64,000 nt of DNA from Candidatus Undivivens industriae (GTDB lineage Bacteria > Omnitrophota > Gorgyraeia > Gygaellales > Profunditerraquicolaceae), in NCBI GenBank assembly GCA_012514745.1, contig JAAYZR010000030.1, positions 5,946-69,945 on the forward strand. The letters are read 5' to 3'. Below, in pieces: positions 37,863 through 48,418 of this stretch (positions are counted from its first letter, which is position 1; each line of letters starts with the position of its first letter). Under the pieces are notes generated by a model that ran no database searches, was not told the origin of the DNA, and saw only the letters and a list, made by a program, of their open reading frames with translations. A program made the position numbers and the translations under genes.

Positions 37863-39569
37863 TCAAAGCCCCCTTATCATACCGTTATCGTCCACGTCCA
37901 TCGCTTCCCCGCGCGGATGCGCCGGAAGACCGGGCATGGTCTGTATGCCGCCGCAGAGGGCGTAAAGATATCCCGCCCCTATGGCGGGCCTGATATCCGA
38001 GACCGGCAGAACAAACCCTTCCGGTCTGCCTTTCAGCCGAGGGTCGTGCGAAAGTGAAAATTGCGTTTTGGCCATGCATACCGGCAGAGCGCCCCATCCG
38101 CGCGAGGCGTAAAGTTCCATTCTCCTGCGCGCGATATCGGAATATTCCACGCCGCGCGCTCCGTAGATCTTCACGGCTATAGCGGAGATCTTTTCCTCCA
38201 CGCCTTCCCTCCCGTCATAAAGAAAAGAAAACCTGTTCGGCGATTCCGCGGCCCTGATCACGCTCTTCGCCAGCTTAATGCCCCCATGTGAACCTCGCGA
38301 CCAGAGCTCGCTGATCTCGCAGGCGCTCGCCCCGAATTCCATTGCCTTTGCGCAAACCAGACTGATCTCTTTATCGGTGTCTGCGGAAAAACGGTTAACG
38401 GCTACCACAACCGGCACGCCGAAAACGAGGATGTTCTCTATTTGTTTCTTGAGATTAACGCATCCTGCCTCCAGTGCTTCCAGGTCCTCTTTATTCAACG
38501 CTTCGTCCAGCGGCTTGCCGGGAGCCACTTTGAACCTGCCGCTGTGCGCCTTCAGCGCGCGCACCGAACATACCAGCACAGCCGCGTCCGGTTTCAGTCC
38601 GGAAGTCCTGCACTTGATATTAAAAAATTTCTCGGCGCCGCAGTCCGCGCCGAAACCGGCCTCGGTGACCACGTATTCGCAACAGGAAAGAGCGATCCTG
38701 TCCGCCAGGATGGAACTGTTGCCGTGAGCTATGTTCGCGAAAGGCACGGTGTGCACGAAACAAGGCGTGTTTTCCGCGGTCTGGATAAGATTCGGTTTCA
38801 ACGCGTCCTTCAGGCAGACCGCCATACTGCCGGAAACCTTTATGTCCTCCGCGGTCACGTATCCGCCGTCCCGGCGTTCGGCCAGCACAACTCTGCCGAG
38901 CCTGGCGCGCAGGTCGCGCGCGTTCTCGCTCAACCCGAGGATCGCCATCAATTCAGAAGCCGCGGTGATCTCAAAACCGCTGTCCCTCTCCCCGACGCCC
39001 TTCACCCCGGACGGCAGCCGCACTTTCCTTAAAGACCTGTCGTTGACCTCAACCACTCTTTTCCAGTATATGCCGTCGGCCGCGATATCCGGGAGGTTGC
39101 CTTGATAAATGGAGTTGTCCAAGTATGCCGCGGCCAGATTGTGGGCGAAAGCGACGGCGTGGATATCGCCGGTGAAATGAAGATTGGACTCTTCCGCGGG
39201 AATAACGTAGGAACACCCTCCTCCTGCTCCGCCGCCTTTAAGGCCGAAAAGCGGCCCCAGAGAAGATTCCCTTATACAGGCGCAGGCCGCAGCGCCGAGA
39301 CGGTTGAGGGCCATGGAAAGCCCGATGGTGGTGACTGTCTTTCCTTCGCCCAGCGGCGTAGGGGTTATCGCGGTTACCAGTATATATTTACTTCCGCGCG
39401 CCCGCGGCCTCCGGTGCAGAAGTATCTCCGGCTCTATCTTGGCAATATACCTCCCGTGGGGAACGAGATATTTCCCTTTTATACCCAAACGGGAAGCTAT
39501 CTTCGCTATAGGGACACCGCCCCGGTTAAACTCAGGTATTTTAAACAATTTACCGCTCCTCGCATTCAA
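37863..39569 (-). CDS. fhs: formate--tetrahydrofolate ligase
   Basis: FTHFS P-loop TPTPLGEGKTVTTIGL and full-length collinearity; 568 aa. Confidence 0.9.
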   Translation of the reverse strand: MNARSGKLFKIPEFNRGGVPIAKIASRLGIKGKYLVPHGRYIAKIEPEILLHRRPRARGSKYILVTAITPTPLGEGKTVTTIGLSMALNRLGAAACACIRESSLGPLFGLKGGGAGGGCSYVIPAEESNLHFTGDIHAVAFAHNLAAAYLDNSIYQGNLPDIAADGIYWKRVVEVNDRSLRKVRLPSGVKGVGERDSGFEITAASELMAILGLSENARDLRARLGRVVLAERRDGGYVTAEDIKVSGSMAVCLKDALKPNLIQTAENTPCFVHTVPFANIAHGNSSILADRIALSCCEYVVTEAGFGADCGAEKFFNIKCRTSGLKPDAAVLVCSVRALKAHSGRFKVAPGKPLDEALNKEDLEALEAGCVNLKKQIENILVFGVPVVVAVNRFSADTDKEISLVCAKAMEFGASACEISELWSRGSHGGIKLAKSVIRAAESPNRFSFLYDGREGVEEKISAIAVKIYGARGVEYSDIARRRMELYASRGWGALPVCMAKTQFSLSHDPRLKGRPEGFVLPVSDIRPAIGAGYLYALCGGIQTMPGLPAHPRGEAMDVDDNGMIRGL

Positions 39570-39909
39570 AAGCGTCTTTGTAAAGCTCTATTTCCGGACC
39601 GGCCCCTTCATACATGACGGCGACCACGTCGAAACGCGAGATCGCGTCCTCATACCCGGATTCCGAGAGATACCAGGCCGCGGCCCGGCATAATCTCCGT
39701 TTTTTTTCCGGCGTGACCGCTTCCGCCGGACTGCCGCAGGCGTCGCTGTTGCGGGATTTGACCTCCACAAAACAAAACGCCTTTTTTTCTCTGGCTACTA
39801 TGTCGATCTCCCCCGCGGGACAACGGTAATTCCTCCGCAGTATGCGGTAGCCTTTCCGCCGCAGGAATGCCTCCGCGGCCTCTTCGGCGGCGGAGCCGGG
39901 CCTAGACAC
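39550..39909 (-). CDS. yraN: YraN-family (UPF0102) predicted endonuclease
   Basis: GEIDIVA and FVEVKSR motifs; 119 aa. Located adjacent to rnhB, as is common. Confidence 0.75.
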   Translation of the reverse strand: MSRPGSAAEEAAEAFLRRKGYRILRRNYRCPAGEIDIVAREKKAFCFVEVKSRNSDACGSPAEAVTPEKKRRLCRAAAWYLSESGYEDAISRFDVVAVMYEGAGPEIELYKDAFECEER

Positions 39910-40537
39910 CGGTGAAACTCCTGCGGTGTATTAAAGAAGGTCCGCAGCGGCCGATCGCGCTCCGGTGCGCCTCGGTGGGGTATCCCTTGTGCCTGGAAAA
40001 ACCATACTGGGGATAGACCGAGTCGTATATAGCCATGATCCTGTCTCTGGTGACCTTCGCGATAATGGAAGCGCAGGCTATACTGAAAGACCTGGAATCC
40101 CCCCTGATTACGCAGGTATGCGGGATCGGCAGCGATATCCGCATATCTCCGTCCACCAGAGCGTGCGCCTCCGGCAAAGGCCTTTTCCTGCGCGCCAGAA
40201 GATCGTTGAGGGCCTCCTGCATGGCCAGCTTGCTGGCTTCAAGTATGTTGACGCTGTCTATTATCTGTTCGTTTATGATGCCTATTCCGTAGTCGGCCTT
40301 CCCTGTGATCTCCAGGAAAGCGGCATCGCGCTGTCGGGGGGTAAGTTTCTTGGAATCATCTATGCGGTTGGAAAAAGAGAAATCCCGCAGGGCTGCGGCC
40401 GCGGCTACCACCGGGCCTGCCAACGGCCCGCGCCCGGCTTCGTCAATGCCGATTATCAACCGGCAACCTGCGGCTTCAAGCTTTCGTTCGTAATAAAGTA
40501 ATCCTTCTCTATTCTCCAATTGGGACCCGGGTTCCAT
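39902..40537 (-). CDS. rnhB: ribonuclease HII
   Basis: DEAGRGPLAGPVV catalytic motif; 211 aa. Confidence 0.9.
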   Translation of the reverse strand: MEPGSQLENREGLLYYERKLEAAGCRLIIGIDEAGRGPLAGPVVAAAAALRDFSFSNRIDDSKKLTPRQRDAAFLEITGKADYGIGIINEQIIDSVNILEASKLAMQEALNDLLARRKRPLPEAHALVDGDMRISLPIPHTCVIRGDSRSFSIACASIIAKVTRDRIMAIYDSVYPQYGFSRHKGYPTEAHRSAIGRCGPSLIHRRSFTGV

Positions 40538-40570
40538 GCTTGCCGGAACAGGATATAGTGAATGCCGCCG

Positions 40571-40942
40571 TTACGCTTTTTGCGCGCCCTTGTCTTCTTT
40601 TGAATCTATCTTGGTGGCGCGTTTGCCGATCTTGCTGCGCAGATAATAAAGTTTAGCCCTTTTGACCTTGCCGGAACGTATCACTTCGATCTTTTCTATC
40701 GCCGATGTCCCCAGAGGAAAAACCCTTTCTATCCCTTCTCCGAACGAGACCTTTCTTACGGTGAAGTTCTCGTTGACCCCGCTGCCTTTCCGGGCGATCA
40801 CGATGCCTTCGTATGGGTGCAGGCGGAACTTATCGGGCGCTTCCGGTATCCTCACGAAAACCTTGACCGTATCTCCCACGTGGAAATCGGGGAATTCTTT
40901 TCTGGTTGAGAATTTCTGTTCGATGGCTTTAATCTTGTTCAT
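40571..40942 (-). CDS. rplS: 50S ribosomal protein L19
   Basis: 123 aa L19 core (FHVGDTVKV...RKVSFGEGIERVFPL). AGGAGA RBS. Confidence 0.95.
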   Translation of the reverse strand: MNKIKAIEQKFSTRKEFPDFHVGDTVKVFVRIPEAPDKFRLHPYEGIVIARKGSGVNENFTVRKVSFGEGIERVFPLGTSAIEKIEVIRSGKVKRAKLYYLRSKIGKRATKIDSKEDKGAQKA

Positions 40943-41109
40943 TGGACTGTCTCCTAAATGGATTTTACCTCGTGAAACCTTCCCGCCGTATACGGCCGAG
41001 AAACGCCCTGCGGGGTAAATATCCGGACGCGGAATTACCGGTCAAACGATGTTATGAGCGTTGCCGCTCCCTTTATATTCTTTGAATACTCCGCCCGGAG
41101 GGCACACCG

Positions 41110-41808
41110 TCAAGCCCGGCCGCTCCCGCCCGGCAGGTCAGGCCTTTTTTGCCTTGTCCTGCGCAGGCTGTCTTCCCTGCGCCAGGCGGCTATCCTGCCG
41201 TGGTCCCCGCGCAGGAGGACTTCCGGGACTTTCATGCCACGGAAATCCGCCGGTCTGGTGTACTGGGCATACTCTAATAGATTACCTTCGAATGACTCAA
41301 AATTCAAGGAATTTTTATCGCCGAGAACCCCGGGGATGAGCCGCACCACGCAGTCCGTCAGGACCATGGCCGGCAATTCCCCTCCGGTAAGGATATAATC
41401 ACCGATGGAAATCTCTTCGTCCGCCAGGCGTTCTCTTACTCTTTCGTCTACTCCTTCATAATGCCCGCAAATCAATATCATCCAGTTGAGCCGCGACAGT
41501 TCAAGCGCGAGCTTCTGGTCGAGCTTCCTGCCCTGCGGGCCGAGCAGGATTACCTTCCCCCGGCCGCGCCTGCGGTTTTTTTTCAGAGACTCCACCGCGC
41601 GGAAGATCGGCTCGGGGGACATGACCATGCCGGAGCCTCCTCCGAAAGGCCTGTCATCCACCTTACGGTGCTTATCCAGGGTATAATCCCGCAGGTCATG
41701 CGCCCGGATAAGCGCCTTCTTTTTGTCCCGGGCCCTCTTTATCATCGACTCGCCCAGCACTCCTTCGAACATCCCCGGGAAGATCGTTACTATATCGATA
41801 CGCAGCAT
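41110..41808 (-). CDS. trmD: tRNA (guanine37-N1)-methyltransferase
   Basis: SPOUT knot motifs ([12 protein letters not shown]; GGELPAMV); 232 aa, upstream of rplS. Confidence 0.9.
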   Translation of the reverse strand: MLRIDIVTIFPGMFEGVLGESMIKRARDKKKALIRAHDLRDYTLDKHRKVDDRPFGGGSGMVMSPEPIFRAVESLKKNRRRGRGKVILLGPQGRKLDQKLALELSRLNWMILICGHYEGVDERVRERLADEEISIGDYILTGGELPAMVLTDCVVRLIPGVLGDKNSLNFESFEGNLLEYAQYTRPADFRGMKVPEVLLRGDHGRIAAWRREDSLRRTRQKRPDLPGGSGRA

Positions 41809-41812
41809 ATAC

Positions 41813-42961
<1,149 letters not shown>

Positions 42962-43179
42962 TTAATCCACAATCACGACAAAAATAATCTTTAATTCCAA
43001 AAGGTGCAACCGGGTTAAAACCCGGGGATTTCTGGGCGAGGGGATTAAAGCATCTTTTATGTCATGGAAAGTAAAAACAACTATATTATCAGAAAGCCTT
43101 CGTGTATAGTAATTTTGTTCCAGGGGGACATCAGTAATTACAACTAAGAATTTCCCGCCTCTTATAACCTGTAATTGTG

Positions 43180-43353
43180 TCAGCAATGATGCATCAGTAA
43201 ATTCCCAATCTGATCCAGTTGCCTTGCATGAAAAAGGATAATTGTCAATCCACCAACTATCTCAAAAACAGAAGACTTCCACTTCTCTATCTTTCGTTTA
43301 TCGAAATCCGGGGGGAGACTACCGATAGAAACGATCTTTATTCTTATTCTCAT
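43180..43353 (-). CDS. hypothetical 57-aa ORF inside the queA-tgt AT-rich spacer (not in ORF track)
   Basis: ATG at 43351-43353 preceded by AAGGAAAG 8 nt upstream. Translation MRIRIKIVSIGSLPPGFDKRKIEKWKSSVFEIVGGLTIILFHARQLDQIGNLLMHHC, with one hydrophobic stretch. No recognizable family. Confidence 0.2.
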   Translation of the reverse strand: MRIRIKIVSIGSLPPDFDKRKIEKWKSSVFEIVGGLTIILFHARQLDQIGNLLMHHC

Positions 43354-43588
43354 AACTATACTTTCCTTGACCCGGGATCCGCAAGAGGGTTCGAGGAAAA
43401 CGGCCTAAATCTTTGCCGGATCCTGCGACTTCCAAAGGGATGAATAAAACCCTGTTTTAGACGGTCTGCTCAAAAAGCCTCAGATGATAGGCGCGCGCCA
43501 AGCGACTGCGGAGGCGTATGTATTCATATACGCCGCACAAAGACCGCGCGGCGCGCAACAACGCAGATGAGGCTTCTTCAGCAGACTG

Positions 43589-44584
43589 TTAAATAATCAG
43601 CATCGCATCGCCATAACTGTAAAACCTATACTTCTGTTCCACCGCCTGCCGATAAGCGTCCAGTACCATTTCAGTCCCGGCAAAGGCGCAGACAAGCATA
43701 AGTAGAGTGGTCTTCGGCAGGTGAAAATTGGTGACCAGCCGGTTGACCAGGCGAAAATCGTATCCCGGGTAAATGAAAAGCCCGGTCCTCCCTTCTCTTT
43801 CCCCTGAAGAAGCGTAAGTTTCCAGGACGCGCAGACTGGTAGTCCCTACCGCGCAGATCTTTCCGCCGGAAGCCGCGGCCTCTCTTATTCTCAAAAGAGC
43901 ATCCTCTCCGATACGGTAACGCTCCTCTTCCATAATGTGCCTGGAGACATCCTCGCATTTGACCGGTTTGAATGTTCCGTAACCCACGTGCAGAGTCACG
44001 TAAGCCGTCCGCGCTCCGGCGGCGTTTATCGTATTAAGAAGCTCCGGAGTAAAATGCAGACCGGCAGTCGGCGCCGCCACCGAACCGTTTTCGCGCGCGA
44101 AGACCGTCTGGTAATACAACCTGTCTTCTTCGGAAGGTTCTCTTTTTATATATGGAGGGAGCGGGACGCTTCCGGAGGCGTAGATATCCTTCTCCGCGCA
44201 TCCGCTGAAGACGACCTCATCCTTTGCGGTGACCGTGCAGACGATATTCGGGTCGCTCAACAACAGCCGCTCTCCGGCCTTCAGTCGCGCCGGCTTAAGC
44301 AGCGCGCGGAACACCAGCCCGTTCTTGCGTTCAAGCAGGAAAACCTCGGCTTTTCCGCCGCTTCTCCTGCGCGCCTTTATGCGGGCCGGCACTACCCTGC
44401 TGTCGTTAAGCACCAGCAGGTCCCTCTTCTCCATATAATCCGGGAGATCCGAGAATGACCGATGCTCCACCTTGCCGCTCTTCTTTTCCAGGACCAGCAG
44501 TCTGGCCTTGTCGCGCCGGTGCAAAGGGTATTGCGCCACTGACCCGGACGGCAGTTCAAAATTGAAGTCGGAAAGTCTCTGCAT
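43589..44584 (-). CDS. queA: S-adenosylmethionine:tRNA ribosyltransferase-isomerase
   Basis: The start is set at MQRLSDFNFELP, the typical QueA N-terminus (44582-44584); the 57-aa N-terminal extension in the track is judged spurious. C-terminal HLPKTTLLMLV motif. Confidence 0.85.
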   Translation of the reverse strand: MQRLSDFNFELPSGSVAQYPLHRRDKARLLVLEKKSGKVEHRSFSDLPDYMEKRDLLVLNDSRVVPARIKARRRSGGKAEVFLLERKNGLVFRALLKPARLKAGERLLLSDPNIVCTVTAKDEVVFSGCAEKDIYASGSVPLPPYIKREPSEEDRLYYQTVFARENGSVAAPTAGLHFTPELLNTINAAGARTAYVTLHVGYGTFKPVKCEDVSRHIMEEERYRIGEDALLRIREAAASGGKICAVGTTSLRVLETYASSGEREGRTGLFIYPGYDFRLVNRLVTNFHLPKTTLLMLVCAFAGTEMVLDAYRQAVEQKYRFYSYGDAMLII

Positions 44585-44592
44585 CTGTTGTT

Positions 44593-45816
44593 TCAGCGCC
44601 TGCCGCCCGCCGCTTTGCTGTCGCCGGATTTGAAACTGCCCAATTCGGCTATCTGCGTTCCGGGATAATAATGTGAAAGTATCTGCGCGTACGAGGCCCC
44701 CTGCTTGGCCATGAAATAAGCGCCCCACTGGCAAAGCCCCACTCCGTGGCCCCATCCGGCGCCTTCAAAGATTATGCCGGCCCCGGAAAGCCGCGCCTCA
44801 AAATCGGTGCTTTTTATTACGTCCGGTCCCAAGAGCTGCCGGAACTCCTTCGCGGAAATGGTCCTGGTCCCTCCATCCTCGAAAGAAAAAATCAATTCTT
44901 CCATACGGCCGGACGCGTCCCGGCTGCCGGGGGTGATCACGGTTATCTGGGGAACACCCACGCTGCTCTCCGCGTGCAGTTTTGAAGAAACTTCTTTATT
45001 GGAGAGCGTCCTGCTCCAGCGTGAATGCGGAGATTCCCCGCAGTAGCCGCAGGCCACGCCTTTCAGAGGGGGAAGATTTATGTTCCAGAGCTTCGCGGCG
45101 TCCTCGGTGCGCCCGCCGCAGGCGGAGTGGTAATAAGCCGGGAATATTCTTCCGTCGTAAACCAGCACCATGCCTTCGGTATCCTTGACCATCTTGTTGG
45201 TGCGATAACGCTCGGCGGTCATCCCCCCGTAAACCTGTGAATAAACGTCGCAGGTGACGTCGTAATCCCTGGAGGAATTCTCAGCCGCCCGATACAGGGC
45301 GAAACTTCTGAACACTATAGCCTCGGCCTTAAGCACCTCCGGCGGCCAGTAGTGAGAAGACTCCCTGATGAAGATCCCTTTTATGTAATCTTCCAGCCCC
45401 ACATAGTTCACCGCCAACAAGGAACCGTTTTTACCGATCAGGCGCATTTCCCCCCGGAAACGCCTGCCGTTAAGGTATATCTCGTTACGGTCGCGGGACC
45501 TTATGACTATGCCCCCGGCGGAGAAAAGATGCCCGCCGGCGGATATACCTTTCTGCCCGGACGTTACGGTCCAGCGGGCGTTCTTCTCCTGCAGCAATCT
45601 GCGGCCCGTGGCCGCATCGTAAATGTGGAATTCTCCGTTCACCTTCAGACCGATGGAATCTACATTGCGCAGCACGGCGACCCTTATATAGGGTTCGCAG
45701 GATGAGGGCGGTTTGTATTCCCTGTCCTTCTGCTCCGGAGCCGCGGCCGGACAGAGCGCCGCCGCGGAGCAAAAAACAGTTATCATTATCAGTGCCGATC
45801 CGGGGAATTTATTCAT
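44593..45816 (-). CDS. SpoIID/LytB-domain protein (peptidoglycan-remodelling lytic enzyme family), secreted
   Basis: Signal peptide plus the SpoIID signature GHGVGLCQWGAYFMAKQGASYAQILSHYYPGT. Confidence 0.75.
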   Translation of the reverse strand: MNKFPGSALIMITVFCSAAALCPAAAPEQKDREYKPPSSCEPYIRVAVLRNVDSIGLKVNGEFHIYDAATGRRLLQEKNARWTVTSGQKGISAGGHLFSAGGIVIRSRDRNEIYLNGRRFRGEMRLIGKNGSLLAVNYVGLEDYIKGIFIRESSHYWPPEVLKAEAIVFRSFALYRAAENSSRDYDVTCDVYSQVYGGMTAERYRTNKMVKDTEGMVLVYDGRIFPAYYHSACGGRTEDAAKLWNINLPPLKGVACGYCGESPHSRWSRTLSNKEVSSKLHAESSVGVPQITVITPGSRDASGRMEELIFSFEDGGTRTISAKEFRQLLGPDVIKSTDFEARLSGAGIIFEGAGWGHGVGLCQWGAYFMAKQGASYAQILSHYYPGTQIAELGSFKSGDSKAAGGRR

Positions 45817-46028
45817 CTGCGTGAAAATATGCGAAAAAGCAGGGAAGCCGCAAGGCTAATGAGCAGGCAGGTCGCCAGCGGGAAATAAAAGGAGAACTTC
45901 TCGCTCTTTATATAGATATCTCCCGGGAGCCTGCCTGGAAACGATATTTTCTGCGCCGCTAAAAGCAGCGCGCCCAGGCATATCAGCGCCAGTCCAGAGA
46001 ATATCAGTGCCTTAGCCGTCCACTGCAT
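45813..46028 (-). CDS. DUF2905-family small membrane protein
   Basis: 71 aa with two TM segments and the LPGDIYI motif. Confidence 0.5.
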   Translation of the reverse strand: MQWTAKALIFSGLALICLGALLLAAQKISFPGRLPGDIYIKSEKFSFYFPLATCLLISLAASLLFRIFSRR

Positions 46029-46032
46029 AGTC

Positions 46033-46602
46033 TTACGAGGTTATCCCGGAGCGCTCCGGCGCCGCGGGCTTTATTTTCGCGTGGTATCTCTCCGTCTCCG
46101 AATAAACGCAGCCGCAGTATTTCTGCAGATATAATCCGTCTTCGCGCGCCCTCCTGCGGGCCCCGCGAAACCCGGGACGGAAATCTTCGTAATAAAAATC
46201 CACTTTTTCCTCTTCCGCCGCCTGTCCGGCCGCCGCCTTCAGCAGTTCGTGGTTCTGATAAGGACTGACCAGAAGCGTGCTGGAAAAGGCGTCCATCCCG
46301 CGGCTGCGGGCCATTCTGGCCGTGAAACGCATACGCAGCAGCCAACAGGCCGCGCATCTTGACGACGTTCCGCCGTGCTTGACCTCCGCGAAAAACTCCT
46401 GCGGGGCGTACTCAGGATATTCCACTTCAAGGCCGCGGGGCCCGGAATAGGCCTCCAGACATTTCCTGCGCGCGCCGTATTCCAACGCGCCGTGGATATT
46501 GGGATTATAGAACACGCCCGAAGCTTCAATACCGAGCTCTCTCATTCTTTCCAAAGGATAGATCAGGCAAGGTGCGCAGCAGATATGCAAAAGTATCTTC
46601 AT
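46033..46602 (-). CDS. queH: epoxyqueuosine reductase QueH (DUF208)
   Basis: HICCAPC N-terminal motif and conserved C-terminal Cys; 189 aa. Confidence 0.8.
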   Translation of the reverse strand: MKILLHICCAPCLIYPLERMRELGIEASGVFYNPNIHGALEYGARRKCLEAYSGPRGLEVEYPEYAPQEFFAEVKHGGTSSRCAACWLLRMRFTARMARSRGMDAFSSTLLVSPYQNHELLKAAAGQAAEEEKVDFYYEDFRPGFRGARRRAREDGLYLQKYCGCVYSETERYHAKIKPAAPERSGITS

Positions 46603-47670
46603 CTAAAAAAGCCCGGTCTGTTCTCCGGCGGGGCATTTCAACCCGAGATGCTCGCAGGCCTGCCGGGAGATCATCCTGCCGCGGCTGGTACGCTTAAGAA
46701 ATCCTATCTGGAGCAGATAAGGTTCCACGGTATCGGCGATGGTGTCGGACTCCTCATTGAGACTGGCAGCGAGCGATTCGATGCCCACCGGACCGCCGCC
46801 GTAATACTCGGAGATCATCCTGAGCACCTTGCGGTCCATCTCATCCAGACCGGCCTGATCTATGCGCAGGCGTGCCAGCGCGCTGCGCACCAGTTCGATA
46901 TCTATGGCGTTTCTGCCTTCGACCTGCGCGTAATCCCTTACCCGGCGCAGCAGACGGTTGGCGATCCTGGGCGTGCCGCGCGACCTGCGCGCCATCTCCC
47001 CGGCGGCGTCTGCGGATATATCTATGCTCAATATCCCGGCCGAGCGCCTGATTATCGCGGCAAGCTCATCCGGAGCGTAGAAATCAAGATGATAGAGTAT
47101 CCCGAACCTGCTGCGTAAAGGAGCGGAAAGCAGTCCGGAACGTGTGGTCGCTCCGATCAACGTGAACGGTTTCAGATTGAACTTTATGGTCTTGGCGTAA
47201 GGGCCTTTATCGATAACGAAATCTATCTGGAAATTCTCTATGGCCGGATAAAGAAACTCTTCTACCACTTTGGAAAGCCTGTGTATCTCGTCTATGAAAA
47301 GGATATCTCCTTTTTCCAGGTTGGTCAATATGCCGATCAGGTCTCCGGCCCTCTCGATGGCCGGACCGGAGGTGGCGGTTATCTTGGAATTCATCTCGTG
47401 CGCTATTATGCGCGAGAGAGAGGTCTTGCCGAGGCCGGGAGGACCAGAGAGCAGAACGTGTTCCAGCGGCTCACCGCGCTGCGCGGCGGCGGCCAGGCAT
47501 ACCTTAAGATTGGAAACCGTCTCCTTCTGGCCGACGAAATCGTCCAGGCGCTCCGGCCGCACGGAAAGGTTGATGACGACATCCTCTTCCGTCTCTATCT
47601 TGTCGAATACCTCGGACTGCCCGCCTTCGACGCCGGCGCTAATTATTTTCCGTCTGGACTGCTCTGTCAT
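46603..47670 (-). CDS. ruvB: Holliday junction branch migration ATPase RuvB
   Basis: AAA+ Walker A GPPGLGKT, sensor motifs and a winged-helix C-terminus; 355 aa. Confidence 0.95.
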   Translation of the reverse strand: MTEQSRRKIISAGVEGGQSEVFDKIETEEDVVINLSVRPERLDDFVGQKETVSNLKVCLAAAAQRGEPLEHVLLSGPPGLGKTSLSRIIAHEMNSKITATSGPAIERAGDLIGILTNLEKGDILFIDEIHRLSKVVEEFLYPAIENFQIDFVIDKGPYAKTIKFNLKPFTLIGATTRSGLLSAPLRSRFGILYHLDFYAPDELAAIIRRSAGILSIDISADAAGEMARRSRGTPRIANRLLRRVRDYAQVEGRNAIDIELVRSALARLRIDQAGLDEMDRKVLRMISEYYGGGPVGIESLAASLNEESDTIADTVEPYLLQIGFLKRTSRGRMISRQACEHLGLKCPAGEQTGLF

Positions 47671-48418
47671 AGGGAATTATGTTCTCGCTGTTCCTGACCA
47701 CCTCTATCTCCTCGAAAAGACCGCGCTGGACCGCCACTATCTCCTTCATGCGCACCAGTTCCAGGATGGCCAGGAAAGTGACCGCTATCTCGACTTTGTT
47801 CCTGGCCCGGCCGAAGAGCCCGGAAAGGGTGGTCGATTGTTTCACGAGCAGGAGATGCAGGATGTGATGTATTTTGTCTTCGACGGTGAACTCGTCCTTG
47901 ATCACCTCGTAGAACATCTCTTTCGGCACCTCCTGCATCGCCTTGGAAAACGCGCTGATCAGATCGAATATACTGGCCTCGAAATACCCTTCTCCGCTCC
48001 CCTTCACGTCCTCCCCCGAGGATATCTCCTCCTTTTCCAGCGGGCGGGCCCGTTTAAAAAGGTTCATCCGGACCGCTTCCCTCTCCTTCAACTCGTCGGC
48101 GACTTTCTTGAACTTCTCGTATTCCAGCAGGCGCCTGACCAGCTCCGCGCGCGGATCTTCCTGCTCTTCCTGCCGCTCTTCTTCCTGCTCCGCGGGAAGC
48201 AACATCTTGGATTTTATCTCCATCAGCGTGGCCGCCATAACGAGGAAGTCCCCGGCTATGCCGAGGTCGAGCAGCTTCATCAATTCCAGGTATTTAAGAT
48301 ACTGCTCCGTGACCTGGGCGATAGGAATATCGTAGATGTTCAAATGGTCTTTCTTCACCAGGTAAAGCAGCAGGTCCAGCGGACCTTCGAAAAGTTCCAG
48401 CCTGACTTTATAGCTCAT
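47639..48418 (-). CDS. scpA: segregation and condensation protein A
   Basis: ScpA N-terminus (FEGPLDLLLYLVKKDHLNIYDIPIAQVTEQYL); 259 aa. 4-nt overlap with trpS. Confidence 0.85.
   Translation of the reverse strand: MSYKVRLELFEGPLDLLLYLVKKDHLNIYDIPIAQVTEQYLKYLELMKLLDLGIAGDFLVMAATLMEIKSKMLLPAEQEEERQEEQEDPRAELVRRLLEYEKFKKVADELKEREAVRMNLFKRARPLEKEEISSGEDVKGSGEGYFEASIFDLISAFSKAMQEVPKEMFYEVIKDEFTVEDKIHHILHLLLVKQSTTLSGLFGRARNKVEIAVTFLAILELVRMKEIVAVQRGLFEEIEVVRNSENIIPYDRAVQTENN

Noticed and set aside
42962-43186. 74-aa ORF (TTG start shown as M) and the 74-aa plus-strand ORF 43219-43443 in the queA-tgt spacer
   Set aside because: No RBS, non-ATG start or weak context, and no motifs. They are retained only as part of the spacer finding. 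The 57-codon ORF with an SD sequence is listed as a low-confidence feature.
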